NCBI RefSeq assembly: GCF_964194155.1
Contig: NC_135894.1
Location: 56,172,001 to 56,236,000 of the forward strand
Source of the DNA: Cetorhinus maximus
Lineage: Eukaryota
DNA: 64,000 nucleotides
Direction: 5' to 3'
In this document: positions 23,298 through 36,627 of the stretch, piece after piece
How positions within the stretch are numbered: position 1 is the first letter of the stretch
How the letters are laid out: the number at the start of each line of letters is the position of its first letter
The notes under the pieces: generated by a model
Seen by the model: the letters and a program-made list of their open reading frames with translations, nothing else
Told to the model about the DNA's origin: nothing
The model's database searches: none
Made by a program: the position numbers and the translations under genes

Positions 23298-24445
23298 TGA
23301 TATGTAGAGACAGGTAAATGAAATGGAGAGGAACAGTGAATGTCCGAATGAGTGGGAAGCGCTTGGCGGAGCCAGTGATGTGTCTCAGATTAGTAGTTTA
23401 ATAAGTGGAGTGACATGGACACACATTTACATCTGACTACCCTGTGGCTCCACCCACTAATGTTTCAATCTCAATGTCACTTACCATGTTTGTGCGCCTT
23501 TTGAAGAATTTTGACTGGGAAGAAAATACAGCCAGTTAGGTCAGGGGTACTCTGAAGTATTTGATTATTGGCACAGGTATGTCGGTAATTTCAGAGACTA
23601 TTGGAAAAATTTTGACAATTTAGCAAAATTAGATGTGCGAACAAATGATGCCACTTCCTGAATTTTGCAAAGAAAGAGAACATTCAGTCCAAGTGTTACC
23701 ACATAAGATGCAAATAAAAATAAAATCAACATTTTTAACAAAATAGAGTAGCTTGCCACAGATCTAATTAATTTCGAGAATTCAGAATGACAGAAAAGAC
23801 ATTTGACGAAAATAAATACTGTAATGGTCTGGAAGCTGATCGCACAATCAATCTGACCATTTTTATGCAAACACAATAAACCCAAAATAGAAATTCTATG
23901 TGACATATTCCTTTTTATTCTACATAAATTTTCATTTTATACCAGATTTTATTTGCTTGGAAGCCAGGGAGTTTTGTTTTATTATATGTCATTAAAAAAA
24001 AGTAATCTACAAAGCGAGTCCATGTCATAAATACAGTTGAGTCAGATTGAGCTTCTCCCTGTTTGGCAGGAGTTCACACTGGCAGATTCTGATTTGTAGC
24101 TTCTTGTAAAGCTTTGCAGCAAATTTAATTGCAACCATTTTATTTACTGCTGATTCATCTTAGCTTGCATTTATTAAAACAAAATTCCTAATATTTTTTA
24201 CTTGTTTAAGTGAGTGTGATATTGTTTTATTTTAAGCAAGGTGTCAGACAATACCATTTTTCCACCGAAAAGATTTGAAATTAAGAGTTACATTTAATGA
24301 TGGATGGGTAGGGGCGTGGTTCTTTGACTCTGACCAGACTTTTTTCAAGAAGTAGACGAAGCAAAAATTATTTTCCCCATAAGCTAAATTACGTGCGATT
24401 CATTAGCTTGTCTAGGTAATCAAAATACTACCCCACACCCTTTAG

Positions 24446-26000
24446 ACCGGATTTTTCACGGAGAAGGCAAGAAGGTCAAGTCAGGAAACTTCCTGACTCA
24501 GCAAACCAGCCTCCTTTTTTAAAAATTCCCCTGCACTCCATATTTTTGTTCTGGAATGGTGAGCGGGATGGAGTCAGGCCTGCAACATTCAGAGGCAGGC
24601 CTGAGGCCATCAGGTTAGCATGCCCTTGTCCATTTACTAGGACATCAACCCAGTTGTAATAATGAATGTCAGACTCTCAAATGTGCACCGACTCCACATG
24701 GCCCCCCATGCCCCCTTATACTCCCTGCCCTTCATAACCCCATGCCCACTCATACCGCCATACTCCCCAGGCTCCATCCATGCTCACATGCCCCCTCATA
24801 TCCCTGGGCCCCCTCATACCCCCATGTTCCCTCCATGCCCCCATGTTTCCTTCCTAGCCACTCACCCAGTCTCAACTATGGTAAGACCCAGGTACCATGT
24901 AATAGCAATGGAAAGGATTTACAATGGACATGAAGAGAATAATCTTCCAACAATCAAATAGCGCTGTCACTCAAGCACAGTTCATACTTGCAAAAAATAA
25001 AACCCCCAGAACCATTAAAAAAAAAGTGAAATCCTCTCAACTGGTTAATCTGTTGTAAAACTAAACATCTATTCAGTAGCCACATTAAAGTTAGATACTC
25101 CTTTTATAACTTCTTAAATCTGTCAATCAAACTGCCTACACAACTCCTTGCTGAGATAGGAGTTTCAGGAGCTATTGAAACACAGCCAAGCATTCATAAT
25201 GGCCTCAGCTCCCAAAATAGGCCCTTGCAAATGCAAACAATTAAGTTTATTGAAACTGAAATAGCAGAAGGCTAAGTTTTTTTTATAAGCTACCCGGATT
25301 AGCCAGTCGATAAAAGTCGTCTAGGAGCAGCTGGCTTTTTTCTTTCTAAGTAAAGCTGTAGACCAGTCTTCCTTTTCTTTTCATATTTAAAGAACTGTGG
25401 GCATTTAAATGTTTTCAGATCATGACAGATCTTTCAAGCACTGTTTTCTTCAGATTTGAATGCAAGGTAGCATGGGAAAAGTACCGTATTGCATCTCAAC
25501 ACATACACAATGCATGATCAATGTAATGTTCAACTTACCTTTTCAGGACAGAGCCCTATGATCAATCACTGCAGTAAAAGCACATTTAACTTACAATACA
25601 GCTTCTAACTATTGAAACTGAAAGAACAATTTATTTTGTATTTTGAAGCAAATGGCCTGTCATTCAAAGAATTCCAGGAGCAGGTGACTTTTTTTTAAGG
25701 TTTCCCACTTGGGACTGCAGTTCCCCTATGGTTCATGACTCCTCTGGGGTGTCATGAACCATGTGTTTTTACAGAAGTTGCAGGAGGGGGCTGACCAGAT
25801 TTGTTCATGGGTGTGTTTTGAGGGTTGCTGAGCCAAAGAAGTTAGAAATGTTGGAAAATTGCTAGAAGCCATCTTGTCCGAGTTTCAAAACATTGGAAGA
25901 TGGTTAGAAGCCATTGATTTCAACAGAATGAAAATTCATAAGAGGCGGCTGATCCACTTTCCTAGATCACCACTCATGTGGGTGAAGGCAAAAATTTATC
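24446..26000. mobile_element. Old non-autonomous Harbinger-like element (boundaries approximate)
   Basis: Degenerate ends GACCGGATTTTTC / AAAAATTTATCCC, an internal C-rich CCCCATG tract and a GGTTCATGAC..GTCATGAACC palindrome. Confidence 0.4.
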
Positions 26001-29000
26001 CCTTTGTGTCGCAACATTTAAGTTTTTTTTAAAATATTACAAATACATTAACAACAGTCATGCCAGGCAGATCGCCTGAAGTGAGCTTATTCTGTGAATA
26101 GCTCAGTCACTGGAGATGAAAAAGATCTCCGCTTCCATTTTGCATCAGTGTTGGATTCACTGATCTCAGCTAGGGCAGCACTAGGAAGACTGCAAGTGAC
26201 TTCAGCACTCACAAATTAGGGAGAATTGTCACCTCTACTGGAATTGTGGATGTTTTGTGACAACATGATCTGATTCACCTATTGATTAGCCAGTCAATAC
26301 TCTGTTGAGGCTTACTCATGAATAATGACCATCTGGTCGAGGTAATGGAGCAAGGAATCCAGCAAGGAATCAGCATCATCAGCAGAAAACAGGAGAAAAT
26401 TGACAAGAAAGGATAAAAACAAACTAAGATTATTTAGTAGCAAAGTTTTAATACCTCAGGGGAAAAGAGAGAGAAGACAATTAACTAAGAAGCTTTGGTT
26501 TGAGACAGGTACAATCAGATATATCAGAGACCTTACAATCTCACACAGCACTATATATTTAAAATCAAAGACTCTTCTGATTTCTACATGCGTATCAGCA
26601 TAGTAAGAGAAAGTGTAAGAGTGCATTATTAAGAGTTTATTTAGAAGTCCTGCATTCAAAGCTGATATCAATAAATTTAGGAATAAATCAACCTAATGTA
26701 AGAATGTTAGCCAGCTGCTTTTGTTGATAACAGGAACTGTGCATGTAGAAATCAATGCAACAATCGCTTCTCTCTTGGACTAATTTCAGGAGGGACGTTT
26801 CAATTTACAGCAAAGTCCTCCATAAATCCTCATTGCATTGCTGTCCACCGCTTTGAAGTCACCATTTCGGATTTAAATTTTCAAACTCAAAAAATTGTTA
26901 TTTGAACTGTTGATTAATTTGCTGTTTTATTAAACTCACAATCAAGGTCCTTAAAGGAAATAGAACAGAGTTAATGCTCCTACAGAATTTGAAATTCAAA
27001 ATATGTTCTTTTTAATTGATAGTCAGTAATTTCAGTATATGCTGGGCACGTGCTGAAAAGTGGGGGCCCAAAGTTTTTCCAAAATTGGCCAGTGGACCTC
27101 ATTAAAATATTCATGTTGAGCTGCCAGTACCTGTTGCATAACCAAAGGCAGTTCATCATCACCACCTAACCAATTTCAGCATCCTGTTCCAGCAGCTGTG
27201 GTCTCATGCATGCCATTTTACCCACAGGCCTGAGAGATAGGTGCAAAATAAGCCAAGTTAAGTCCATCCTTCCACATGCCTTCTTGTTGCTGTTGGTTTC
27301 ATTCAGCGGTCATTTTCATTTTGGTTAGTATTCTGAAAAAAAGATGCTGATGTCAGTAATAGGATGTGTGTAATAAAACAGAATAAACAGCAACTTGTGT
27401 GGTACACTGGCCTGAAGTTTCTGCTAGGTTGCCTCAAATTGGCCAAACCAGCACAATAGGTTGAGTGCAAATTATGTCCAACACAAATCAAATTTCCGCA
27501 ATCCTTTGCACTGGTTTAAAAGGCATTGAAGCCAGCCCTGCCCACAAAACTGGCCATGCCTCCAGATCCAGCTGGTGGATTTCCACTATTTTCACCCTTG
27601 TGTAGACCTTCAAAGACTCTTAAAATTAAGCCTCTTTTACATACAAGGGTCTTTTAAAAGCTGTGACTTTTAGTTTACCAAAAAAATTACTCTACACCAA
27701 TGCAACTGCTTCTGTGTAGTTTTTTTAAAATGCCATTTTCAGTCATTTAAAGTTGGGTTACTGATAGGTGTGGACTAGACACTGATTAAGAATGCTTTTT
27801 TGCGATAAACCCATTTTTAGCTATATTAATTAAAACAAGTTTATTTAAACACCAAGCTACCCTTCTTAATTATATTAAGGAATTTTTTAAATGCCAAAAT
27901 TTATATTTTAAAATGCTGATTGTGTTAGTTCATGATAGATTTTACATTCGGTTATATGCAAATGAGTTTCTGCAGCAACTTGGACAGAAAATGCACTTTG
28001 CAAAAGTAGAGCAATTTGTGCCTGGATCGTTGATTGCATCCAAAATGGAAACTTTTGGCTAATGAGTATGCGATTTGAAGAATGAGCGTATTATTTTCTG
28101 TTCTGTAAAGGATAATATATTGTGCAAGGAAGTGTTAAAGTCCAGAGAGATCTGCAAGGATTATTTTAAGTGCAGAAAAATTCATGATATATAGTTAGAG
28201 AACTGTGCAGAGACTTGATCTAAAGCATTAATCTTTATTTTGCTAAAGAATTGGGAAGGCCAGTCAGTCAGCATGACAAATTGGTCATAACTTTAACTCC
28301 CAAAATGTGAGTTTGCAGGTGTGATGTTTCATCAGGAGAAAATATTGATTCAAGGCCCAGAGTGAAGGAGGGAAAACAAGAAGGTGCACACTCAGAGTCT
28401 CTTTCATATACCTCCTAATAGCTAAAACAAGTGTACAAGATCAGCCCAGCCACTCAGCAAGAGAATGGTGCAGAAAGAGTGAACCTGTGTAGAAACACCA
28501 GGCAAAATATAGGGAGTGAGAGGGATATACCTTTCTTTAAAATTGTAGCAGTGGTATGTTTTAGTGCAGAAATATTTCTGTAGCTCTCCAGAAAGATCTG
28601 TTTCACTTTGTCCCTTTCGTACTCATACTTTTTCTATTGTCATTTTATATCTTTTAGCACTGTGTCATGTAATGTTTTTATGATGCAGATAGTATTATGA
28701 TGCAGTATATGTTAACTCTTGGGGTTTGGGAGAGGGCATGACATATCTTTTTTGCACATAATTAATCATAACAGCACAATCCACATAGGAAATGTGAGGT
28801 CAACGTGTTGTTTTTTTTTTACACTAAACACATTTAGCATGTAAATTATGATGCATTGCAACTTTAATTACCATATCTACTATGGTGGAGCAGTTAAAGA
28901 AAAAGGATGTCTTGTTCATTAACTATAATGAACATTCCATAGTGTGTTTCAATAAGGGAAGAAATACTAAATCTGCTAATTTAATCAGCTCAAGACATCA

Positions 29001-29305
29001 TTTACTAGGAAGAAAGATATTTGACAGCATGCATATTATAACTATTAAGAGATCGAAATAATTCAACAGCTGATATTTCGCCAATGGAAGTGAATGGGCC
29101 GTTAAAAATTTGCAATGCCACTGTTGACCTGCCACATTCATTTTTATAATGAGCCCTTTAATTGCACAGCAATGCCTTCTCTCTTACCCAATCAGATTGC
29201 TTGATTCAATGAATCTTCTCCTGGATGTTTCAAAGTTTCCCTCCTTCATTCTTCATTCATCCACCATCTCTGCCCAACTTTAGTCATTTTCTTGTCAGTT
29301 ACATC

Positions 29306-30023
29306 AGGTGGAATTTTCCACTCTAGGACTAAGTCCCATGGCAAGGGTGGGAACAAGGAGAGTTTCCCACTGCTGGCCACTGGGAATTTGCGCCATGTCG
29401 CGCGATGCTGGCCTAATTAATTATGCAACCGGGGGTTTCCCGTTTTTTGCGTAGCGGGGCATGCTGGATGGCTCACGCCTCGCCATCATATCTGGGCACC
29501 ATATCTGAAAGGCGCCTGGGCATCAACTGACCCACCGTTGAAGATAGAAGCTGGGCCTCCTGGAAAATCCTGGAGTTAGAAGATCCACGTCGTAGATGCT
29601 CCATCCATCCACTGTTGCACGTGGTGTTCCAGGATCCGGTTTCTGGTGGCCTCCATCATCCCTTCCAATCCCCGAAAGCTGCCCCAGGCCTTTTGCAGAT
29701 ACATCCGACATTTGTATACCACGTTGGTCCAGACGTGTTCTGGACCGGCGTGAAAACCCATTGGCAGCACAGATGATTGCACAAGGGGGACAATTGCAGA
29801 GTAGCCTCCATCTGCATCCCATTAACAGGATGAAAAATGGCTTCATGCCCGCCTCTGGCAGGAATGGTGACCCATCATGACGGGCAGGAGCGCACGATCC
29901 TGCCATCATTTTACACCAGCAGGAAACTGACTTTTCAGCTCCTGACATATCGTTCCCCCCCACCCATCACTAAACCTGCTGCAGGGGGAGGGGTGGGGGG
30001 TGGCGGTCTGGAGAATTCCACCT
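29306..30023. mobile_element. Non-autonomous PIF/Harbinger-like element
   Basis: TIRs AGGTGGAATTTTCCA...TGGAGAATTCCACCT, flanked by ATC/ATT. Confidence 0.7.
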
Positions 30024-30101
30024 ATTGTCACCCATAGTCTTCTGTCAACAGTGTGAAAGTGAAAATGGGATTTGCACTGTATCAATCAATCACTCCAATC
30101 C

Positions 30102-30207
30102 CTGGGAAGAGTGTCCTGCAGTCAGCATTGTGGTGAAGCAGTCTGGGAAGAGTGTCCTGCAGTCAGCATCGCAGTGAAGCAGTCTGGGAAGAGTGTCCTG
30201 CAGTCAG
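30102..30207 (+). repeat. 41-bp tandem monomers at the CR1 5' end
   Basis: GCAGTCTGGGAAGAGTGTCCTGCAGTCAGCATCGCAGTGAA repeated about 2.6 times. Confidence 0.9.
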
Positions 30208-30490
30208 TTCTTGTTGAAAATAACAAGATCGACATCACAAGTCAGCGCAAGAGAGCGGTGGAGAGATCAGAACCAGTGTGAGTGCGAGGAAGCTTCAAAA
30301 AGTGACGTCAGCACAAAAGTGAGAGCTGATTGGTGAGTAGTGGGTCAGTGTTTTTCTCCAGTTTTTTTCTCCAGTTTAAAATAGATTAAGCTAAGGAAAG
30401 GTAAGAGTTCTAGTTTTTATTTAAAGTATGTAAATAATTTAATTTCTACTATATTTAACTTAAAGTAAGGGTTTTATTTCAACTGGAGGC

Positions 30491-31516
30491 ACGGTAGGGC
30501 AGCTCAGACCCATGTTATGTACTGCCTGCAACATGTGGGAAGCCCAAGGCGCTCCTTGTGCTCTGACTGATCACGTGTGCAGGAAGTGCCACCAGCTGCA
30601 GCTACTTGAGCTCCGAGTTTCGGAGCTTGAGCGGCAGCTGGAGGTAATGAGGTGCATCCACAAGACTGAGAGTTTCATGGACAGCATGTTTTTAGACATG
30701 GTCACCACACAGCTTACGGAAGTGCAGACAGAGAGGGAATGGGTGACGATCAGTCAGAAGAAAGGTGTCAGGCAGGTAGTCAGGAAATTCTCAGGGTGCA
30801 TCTCGCTTGAGAACCATTTTTCTCTGTTGGAAAATGGTGAGAGTGACGGTTCCTCTGGGGAGTGCAGCCACGCTCATTGCACTGTGAGTGGCTTAGCTGA
30901 ACATGGGCGGAGGAAAAAGAGGGGAAGGTCAATAGTAGTAGGAGACTCAATAGTAAGAGGAACAGATAGGCGTTTCTGCACCAGGATGGCGCCAGACTCC
31001 AGGATGGTATGTTGCCTCCCTGGTGCCAGGGTCAAGGATGTCACTGAATGGCTTCAGGGCATTCTAAAGGGGGAGGGCAAACTGACAGAGGTCATTGGTA
31101 CCAATATGTACCACGATATAGGTAGAAAGTGGGATGAGGTCCTACAAGCAGAATTTAGGGAGCTAGGAAACAGATTAAAAAACAGGACCTCAAAGGTAGT
31201 AATCTCTGGATTACTTATGGTGCCATGCGCTAATGAGTATAGCAATAGGAGGTTAGTCAAGATGAATGTGTGGCTGGACAGATGGTGCAGGAGGGAGGGT
31301 TTTAGATTTCTGGGACATTGGGACCGTTTCTGGGGATGGTGGGACCTGTACAAGGCAGATGGGTTGCACCTGAACTGGAATGGGACCAACATCCTTGTGG
31401 GGGGGTTTGCTCATGGTTTTGGGGAGGGTTTAAACAAACTTGGCAGGCAATGGGATCCTGAGAGGAGGTTCAGCAGGGAGAGATGCACAGCCAAAATTAG
31501 AAGAGAGAGCAAGTGA
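30491..31516 (+). pseudogene. CR1 ORF1 (zinc finger/leucine-rich region plus SGNH esterase domain)
   Basis: CTACNMW..CRKC, IVVGDSIVRG, CLPGARVKD, GTN, DGLHLN. The start ATG of copy A corresponds to ACG at 30491 here. Confidence 0.85.
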
Positions 31517-34500
31517 GTCTGAAAGGCAGATAAATTATAGGTCAGTTAAGGCACAAGGGAGTTTGGCAAGGTTGGATGGTATTTATTTTAATGCAAGGAG
31601 TCTGATGAATAAGGCAGATGTGAGTATGATGTCATTGCTGTCACAGAGACATGGTTGAGAGGGGGGCAGGATTGGCAGCTCAATATTCCAGGATATAGAG
31701 TCTTCAGGCAAGAAAGGGAAGGAGGTAAAAGAGGAGGGGATATTGCAATATTGATCAGGGAATCAATTACAGCGGTAAGGTGGGATGATATCTTAGAAGG
31801 CTCCTCAAATGAAGCCATATGGGTAGAACTGAAAAACAAAAAAGAAGCAATCACATTGCTGGGAGTATACTATAGGCCCCCAAACTGTCAGAGAAATAGA
31901 AGAGCAGATATGGAGGCAAATTTCAGAGAAGTGTAAAAATAATAGGGTTGTAATAGAGGGGGATTTCAACTTCGCCAACATTAACTGGGTTAGTCAGAGT
32001 GTGATAGGCTTAGAGGGAGTGGAATTCTTAAAATGCATCCAGTGGAGTTTTTTAAGCCAGTACGTAGAAGGTCCAACAAGAGCGGGGGCGATCCTGGACT
32101 TAATTTTAGGGAATGAAGCTGGGCAAGTGGTAGAGGTATCAGTGGGAGAGCATTTTGCAGATAGTGATCATAACTCGATTAGATTCAAGGTTGTTATGGA
32201 AAAGGACGAGGATGGACCAGAAATCAGAGTTCTAAATTGGGGGAAAGCTGATTTTAATAAGATCAGGTATGATTTGGCCAGAGTGGACTGGGAGCAGCTA
32301 CTTTTAGGTAAATCTGCGTCAGAGCAGTGGGACTCATTTGAGAAGGAAATAGTGAGAGTACAAGGCCAACATATTCCAGTAAAGATAAAGGGTGGTACCA
32401 TCAAATCCAGGGAACCCTGGATGTCGAGGGATAGACAGGATTGGAAAAAGAGTAAAAAGGAGGCTTATGGCAGATACCGAGGGCTCAAACAGTGGAAGCC
32501 CAAAAAGATTACAGAATGTGTAGGGGGGAACTTAAAAAGGAAATCAGGAGAGCAAAAAGGGGGCATGAAAAAACATTGGCAGGTAAAATAAAGGAAAATC
32601 CAAAGTTATTTTACAAGTACATTAAGAGTAAGAGGATAACTAGGGAAAAAGTAGGTCCCATTAAGGACCATAGTGGTAATTTGTGTGTGGAGCCAGGAGA
32701 TGTAGGTTGGATTCTAAATGAATACTTTGTGTTGGTGTTAACAAGTGAGAGGGATGACATGGCTATGGAAATCAGGCAGAAGGACTGTGATATAATTAAA
32801 GAAATTAGCGTAGAAAGGGAGGAGGTTCAAAGTGGTCTGGCAGGCTTAAAAGTAGATAAATCTCCAGGCCCAGATGAAATGTATCCCAGGCTGTTGAGTG
32901 AGGCAAGGGAGGAGGTAGCAAGGGCGCTGGCAATAATTTGCAATACCTCTCTGGCCACAGGAGAGGTACCAGAGGACTGGAGGGCAGCCAATGTGCTACC
33001 GTTATTCAAGAAGGGAGGAAGGGATAAACCAGAGAACGACATGCCAGTCAGTCTAACCTCAGTGATGGGGAAACTATTGGAAGCAATTCTGAAGGACAGA
33101 ATTAATCTACATTTGGAGAGCAGGGATTAATCAAGGGCAGTCAGCATGGTTTTGTTAAGGGGAGGTCATGTCTGACTAATCTGATTGAATTTTTCAAAGA
33201 GGTAACCAGGTGTGTAGATGAGGGCAATGCATTTGACATAGTCTACTTGGACTTCAGAAAGGCTTTTGATAAGGTCCTGCATGGGAGACTGATAACGAAG
33301 ACAAGAGCTCATGGGATCCAAGGCAATTTGGCAAATTGGATCCAGAATTGGCTGAGTGGCAGGAAGCAGAGGGTGATGGTCGAGCGGTGTTTTTGTGACT
33401 GGGTACCTGTATCCAGTGGGGTTCCACAGGGATCGGTGTTGGGTCCCTTGCTGTTTGTGGTATATATAAACGATTTAGACTTGAATGTAGAAGGGTTGAT
33501 CAGTAAGTTCGCGGATGACACAAAAATTGGTGGGGTGGTACGTAGTGAGGAGGATAGCCTTAGATTACAGGAGGATATAGATGGGCTGGTCAGATGGGCT
33601 GATCAGTGGCAAATGGAATTTAATCCGGATAAGTGTGAGGTGATGCACTTGGGCAGGACAAACAAGGCACGGGAATACACGATGAATGGTAGGACCCTGG
33701 GAATACCGAGGATCAGAGGGACCTTGGTATGCACGTTGCCAGTCCCTTAAGGTAGCGGGACAGGTAGACAAGGAGGTTAAGAAGGCATATGGGATACTTT
33801 CCTTTATTAACCAAGGCAAAGAATATAAGAGAGAGGAGTTTACGCCGGAACGGTGTAAAATGCTGGTTAGGCCACAGCTAGAGTATTGCGTGCAGTTCTG
33901 GAATCCACATTATAGGAAGGATGTGATTGCACTAGAGAGAGTGCAGAGGAGATTTACCAGGATGCTGCCTTGTCTGGAGAGTTTTAGTTATGAGGAGAGA
34001 TTGGATAGACTGGGGTTATTTTCCTTGGAGCAAAGGAGATTGAGGGGGGACATGATTGAGGTGTATAAAATTATGAGGGGTAGACAGGAAGGAACTTTTC
34101 CCCTTGGTGGAGGGATCAATAAACAGGGGGCATAGATATAAGGTAAAGGGAAGGAGGTTTAGAGGGGATGTGAAGAAGAATTTTTTCACCGAGAGGGTGG
34201 CAAGAATTTGGAACTCACTGCCTGAAAGGGTGGTAGAGGCAGAAACCCTCATAACATTTAAGAAGTGTTTGGATGTGCACTTGCGATGCCATGGCATACA
34301 AGGCTATGGGCCTCATACTGGAAAATGATATTATGAGATTAATAGTTAGGTACTTGTTTGACCAGTGCAGACTCAATGGGCCGAAAGGCCTTTTTCTGTG
34401 CTGTAGGCCTTTTTCACTCTAATTTAATTTGGATTACTACTATAATAAATTTGTCCTATTTTTGAATAGAAATTGAAAAGGTATTTCAAAAGACATAGTT

Positions 34501-34716
34501 GTAAATAGTATTTAAATAAAATGCATTGCAGCCAAATAACCATTGCTGTCTGTTCTGCAACATTGTAACTATATTGTGGAATGAAAAAGAAATTAATTTG
34601 TATTCATTTTGGTGTTGATAAGATTTAAGAATGCAAAGAGTGGCGGAAATTGTGTATCCACAATATCTGGACTTTAAGTGACATTTTTAGCAATGATACG
34701 GCCGAAGTAACACGAG

Positions 34717-35678
34717 AGGCAGAATTTTGCCTTTGATGGGCGGGCGGGCCCCACCGGCTTGGCGGCGGGCGGGCAGCCGATCGCCGCCGCCGAAGCAGGC
34801 CCCACTGCCATTTTAAATGGGTGGGCCAATTAAGGCCTGCCCAGCAGGCTGCCCGACGGGAAAGCGCTATGCACTTCCTGTGCAAGGGGGGGGAGGGATT
34901 CCCCAACTGTCAGAGTGCGCACATCTCCCTGAGACTAAGTGCTGCCTCAGGGAGATCACTGACAGTGTTTGAAATTTCAAAAATAGAAAAATAAAAAAAT
35001 TATTAACATGTCCCCCTCATGTGACAATGTCACTTGAGATGGGACATGTTAATAAATATGAGTAAAACTTTATTAAACTTTTTAAAAACAGACATGAAAC
35101 CTCATCCCGCCGGTGGATGAGGTTTCATATTTTTTCAGAAGTCCGCCGGGGCTCCTGGCCTGCCCACCAACCTTAAAATTCTTCCGAGTTATCGACAGTC
35201 ACAGATTGCAACTCTTTTGAGTACAATCACAGTTCTTGGTTTCCGGGAGAGGGACATGAACCCACAACCTTCTGATTCAAAGGCGAGGGTGCTATGGACT
35301 GAGCCACAGCTGACACCAGTACATTGAAACTCTTTCGAGTTATCAACAGTCACAGATTGCAACTCTTTCGAGTACAATCACAGTTCTTGGTTTTCCGGGA
35401 GTGGGACATGAACCCACAACCCTCTGATTCAAAGGTGAGGGTGCTATGAACTGAGCCACAGACGGGCAGGGCCTTTAATTGCCTTAATGATCCTGTCAAT
35501 GGCCTCAATTGGCCATTGACAGGTCGGCGGGCGGACAGCTGATCTCGCTGTGCCCCCGCCTTCATGAATATTTAAATAGGGCGGGATGACGTCGGGGAAA
35601 TCCCCAACATCATCCCGCATCATTTTCGCGTCGGCGAGCAGGCCCTGCCCCCAACTCACCAACGGAAAAATTCTGGCC
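34717..35678. mobile_element. Non-autonomous PIF/Harbinger-like element (same family as 7082-7699), interrupted at 35177-35461
   Basis: AGGCAGAATTTTGCC...GGAAAAATTCTGGCC with the same internal hairpins. Confidence 0.8.
35177..35461 (-). repeat. 152-bp tandem repeat (about 1.9 units) with a tRNA-like SINE head
   Basis: GAGCCACAG ends at 35309 and 35461 (period 152). The minus-strand unit starts GTGTCAGCTGTGGCTCAGT..AGCAC..GGTTGTGGGTTCATGTCCC (A/B-box-like). Confidence 0.85.
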
Positions 35679-36627
35679 TCGATTTCAAGCCAGAAGAAAA
35701 TACCGGCCAGTTTTGATTGATATTGAAAGAATGAAAGGATTTTATTGTGATTTTGTGTTCACCTGTTTTATTTGATTTTTGAATCATTTGAATTTTGAGT
35801 GACTTACATTCCTTGCATTACCACTGCAAAATAATAAGTAAATTGTGGATTTTGTCCGGGATAAATTTGTTGGCAGTGTTTGTTGCTAGTGACTGAATTG
35901 GTTTTGCTGTACATTGATTGTATTTTGCTCACATGGAGCAGCCATTCATCATCAAAGCAATAAAACGCCCACTTCTTCAAGTGAGAATCATTCTGCTTTC
36001 TAGCATGCAGATACTGACTGCAGTCAAGGATGATAACGGGAAACAATTGTACTGATGGTCACAGTATATATCATGTAATGGAAGAGGCTGAGGCAACTGC
36101 TGTAACCAAAGAGACACTGGTTTTGCAATAAAATTCTGAAACTGTAATCAATATATATGCTCTTCTCCCCTGGATTTATTTTAACAAGAACCCTTTGAGT
36201 GCCTGTTAATTATATATTAATTATGTTTAATTGTATGCAGGTGATGGGCATTTACTTGCAAATAGGCATGAGCTATAACTGTGGTTGTTGGATTAGGAGA
36301 TATATGTCTGTAATGTATAACTCTATAAATAAATATAAAAGTGCGCAAAGATTGGCTTCAATTCTAACCTTCACCAACTGGCTTCTAGCCATAGGACGGT
36401 GCCATACTGAACACTGTGGTTCTGATATTGCCATGCTAGGCAGTAGCCAGTGCCTGTCTATATGAAGCAAGAGAGATTATCATGGAATACAGCCCATTTC
36501 ATAATGATGTACATCCTAGCAATCAGTTACAGAATAGGGAGAGGAGAAAACTACCCCAATAACCTGTTGTGTTCAGAAAACATCCCTCTTCCAAATTTAG
36601 CAGCATGACAGAGAAGTGACCTCATAC

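Larger units (their letters stand above)
30102..34420 (+). mobile_element. Full-length CR1 LINE, copy B
   Basis: Three 41-bp 5' monomers, an open ORF1 frame of 334 aa, and a frameshifted ORF2 (APE plus RT motifs PGPD, QHGF, DFRKAFD, VPQGSVLGP, FADD, RPQLEY, WNSLP). The 3' end is GACTCAATGGGCCGAAAGGCC. Confidence 0.97.

Noticed and set aside
23017-23317. ORFs spanning the N run
   Set aside because: Artefacts of the assembly gap.
30102-30207. Short direct repeats resembling a CRISPR array
   Set aside because: The units are head-to-tail with near-identical linkers and no unique spacers, there are no cas genes, and they are the 5' end of a eukaryotic CR1 LINE.
35250-35320. Possible tRNA gene
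   Set aside because: It has A/B-box-like motifs, but I could not fold a full cloverleaf. It matches a SINE head.
35320-35390. Hammerhead ribozyme in the 152-bp unit (CUGUUGA..GAAA)
   Set aside because: There is no stem II between the core and GAAA. The GAAA sits as a hairpin tetraloop instead.
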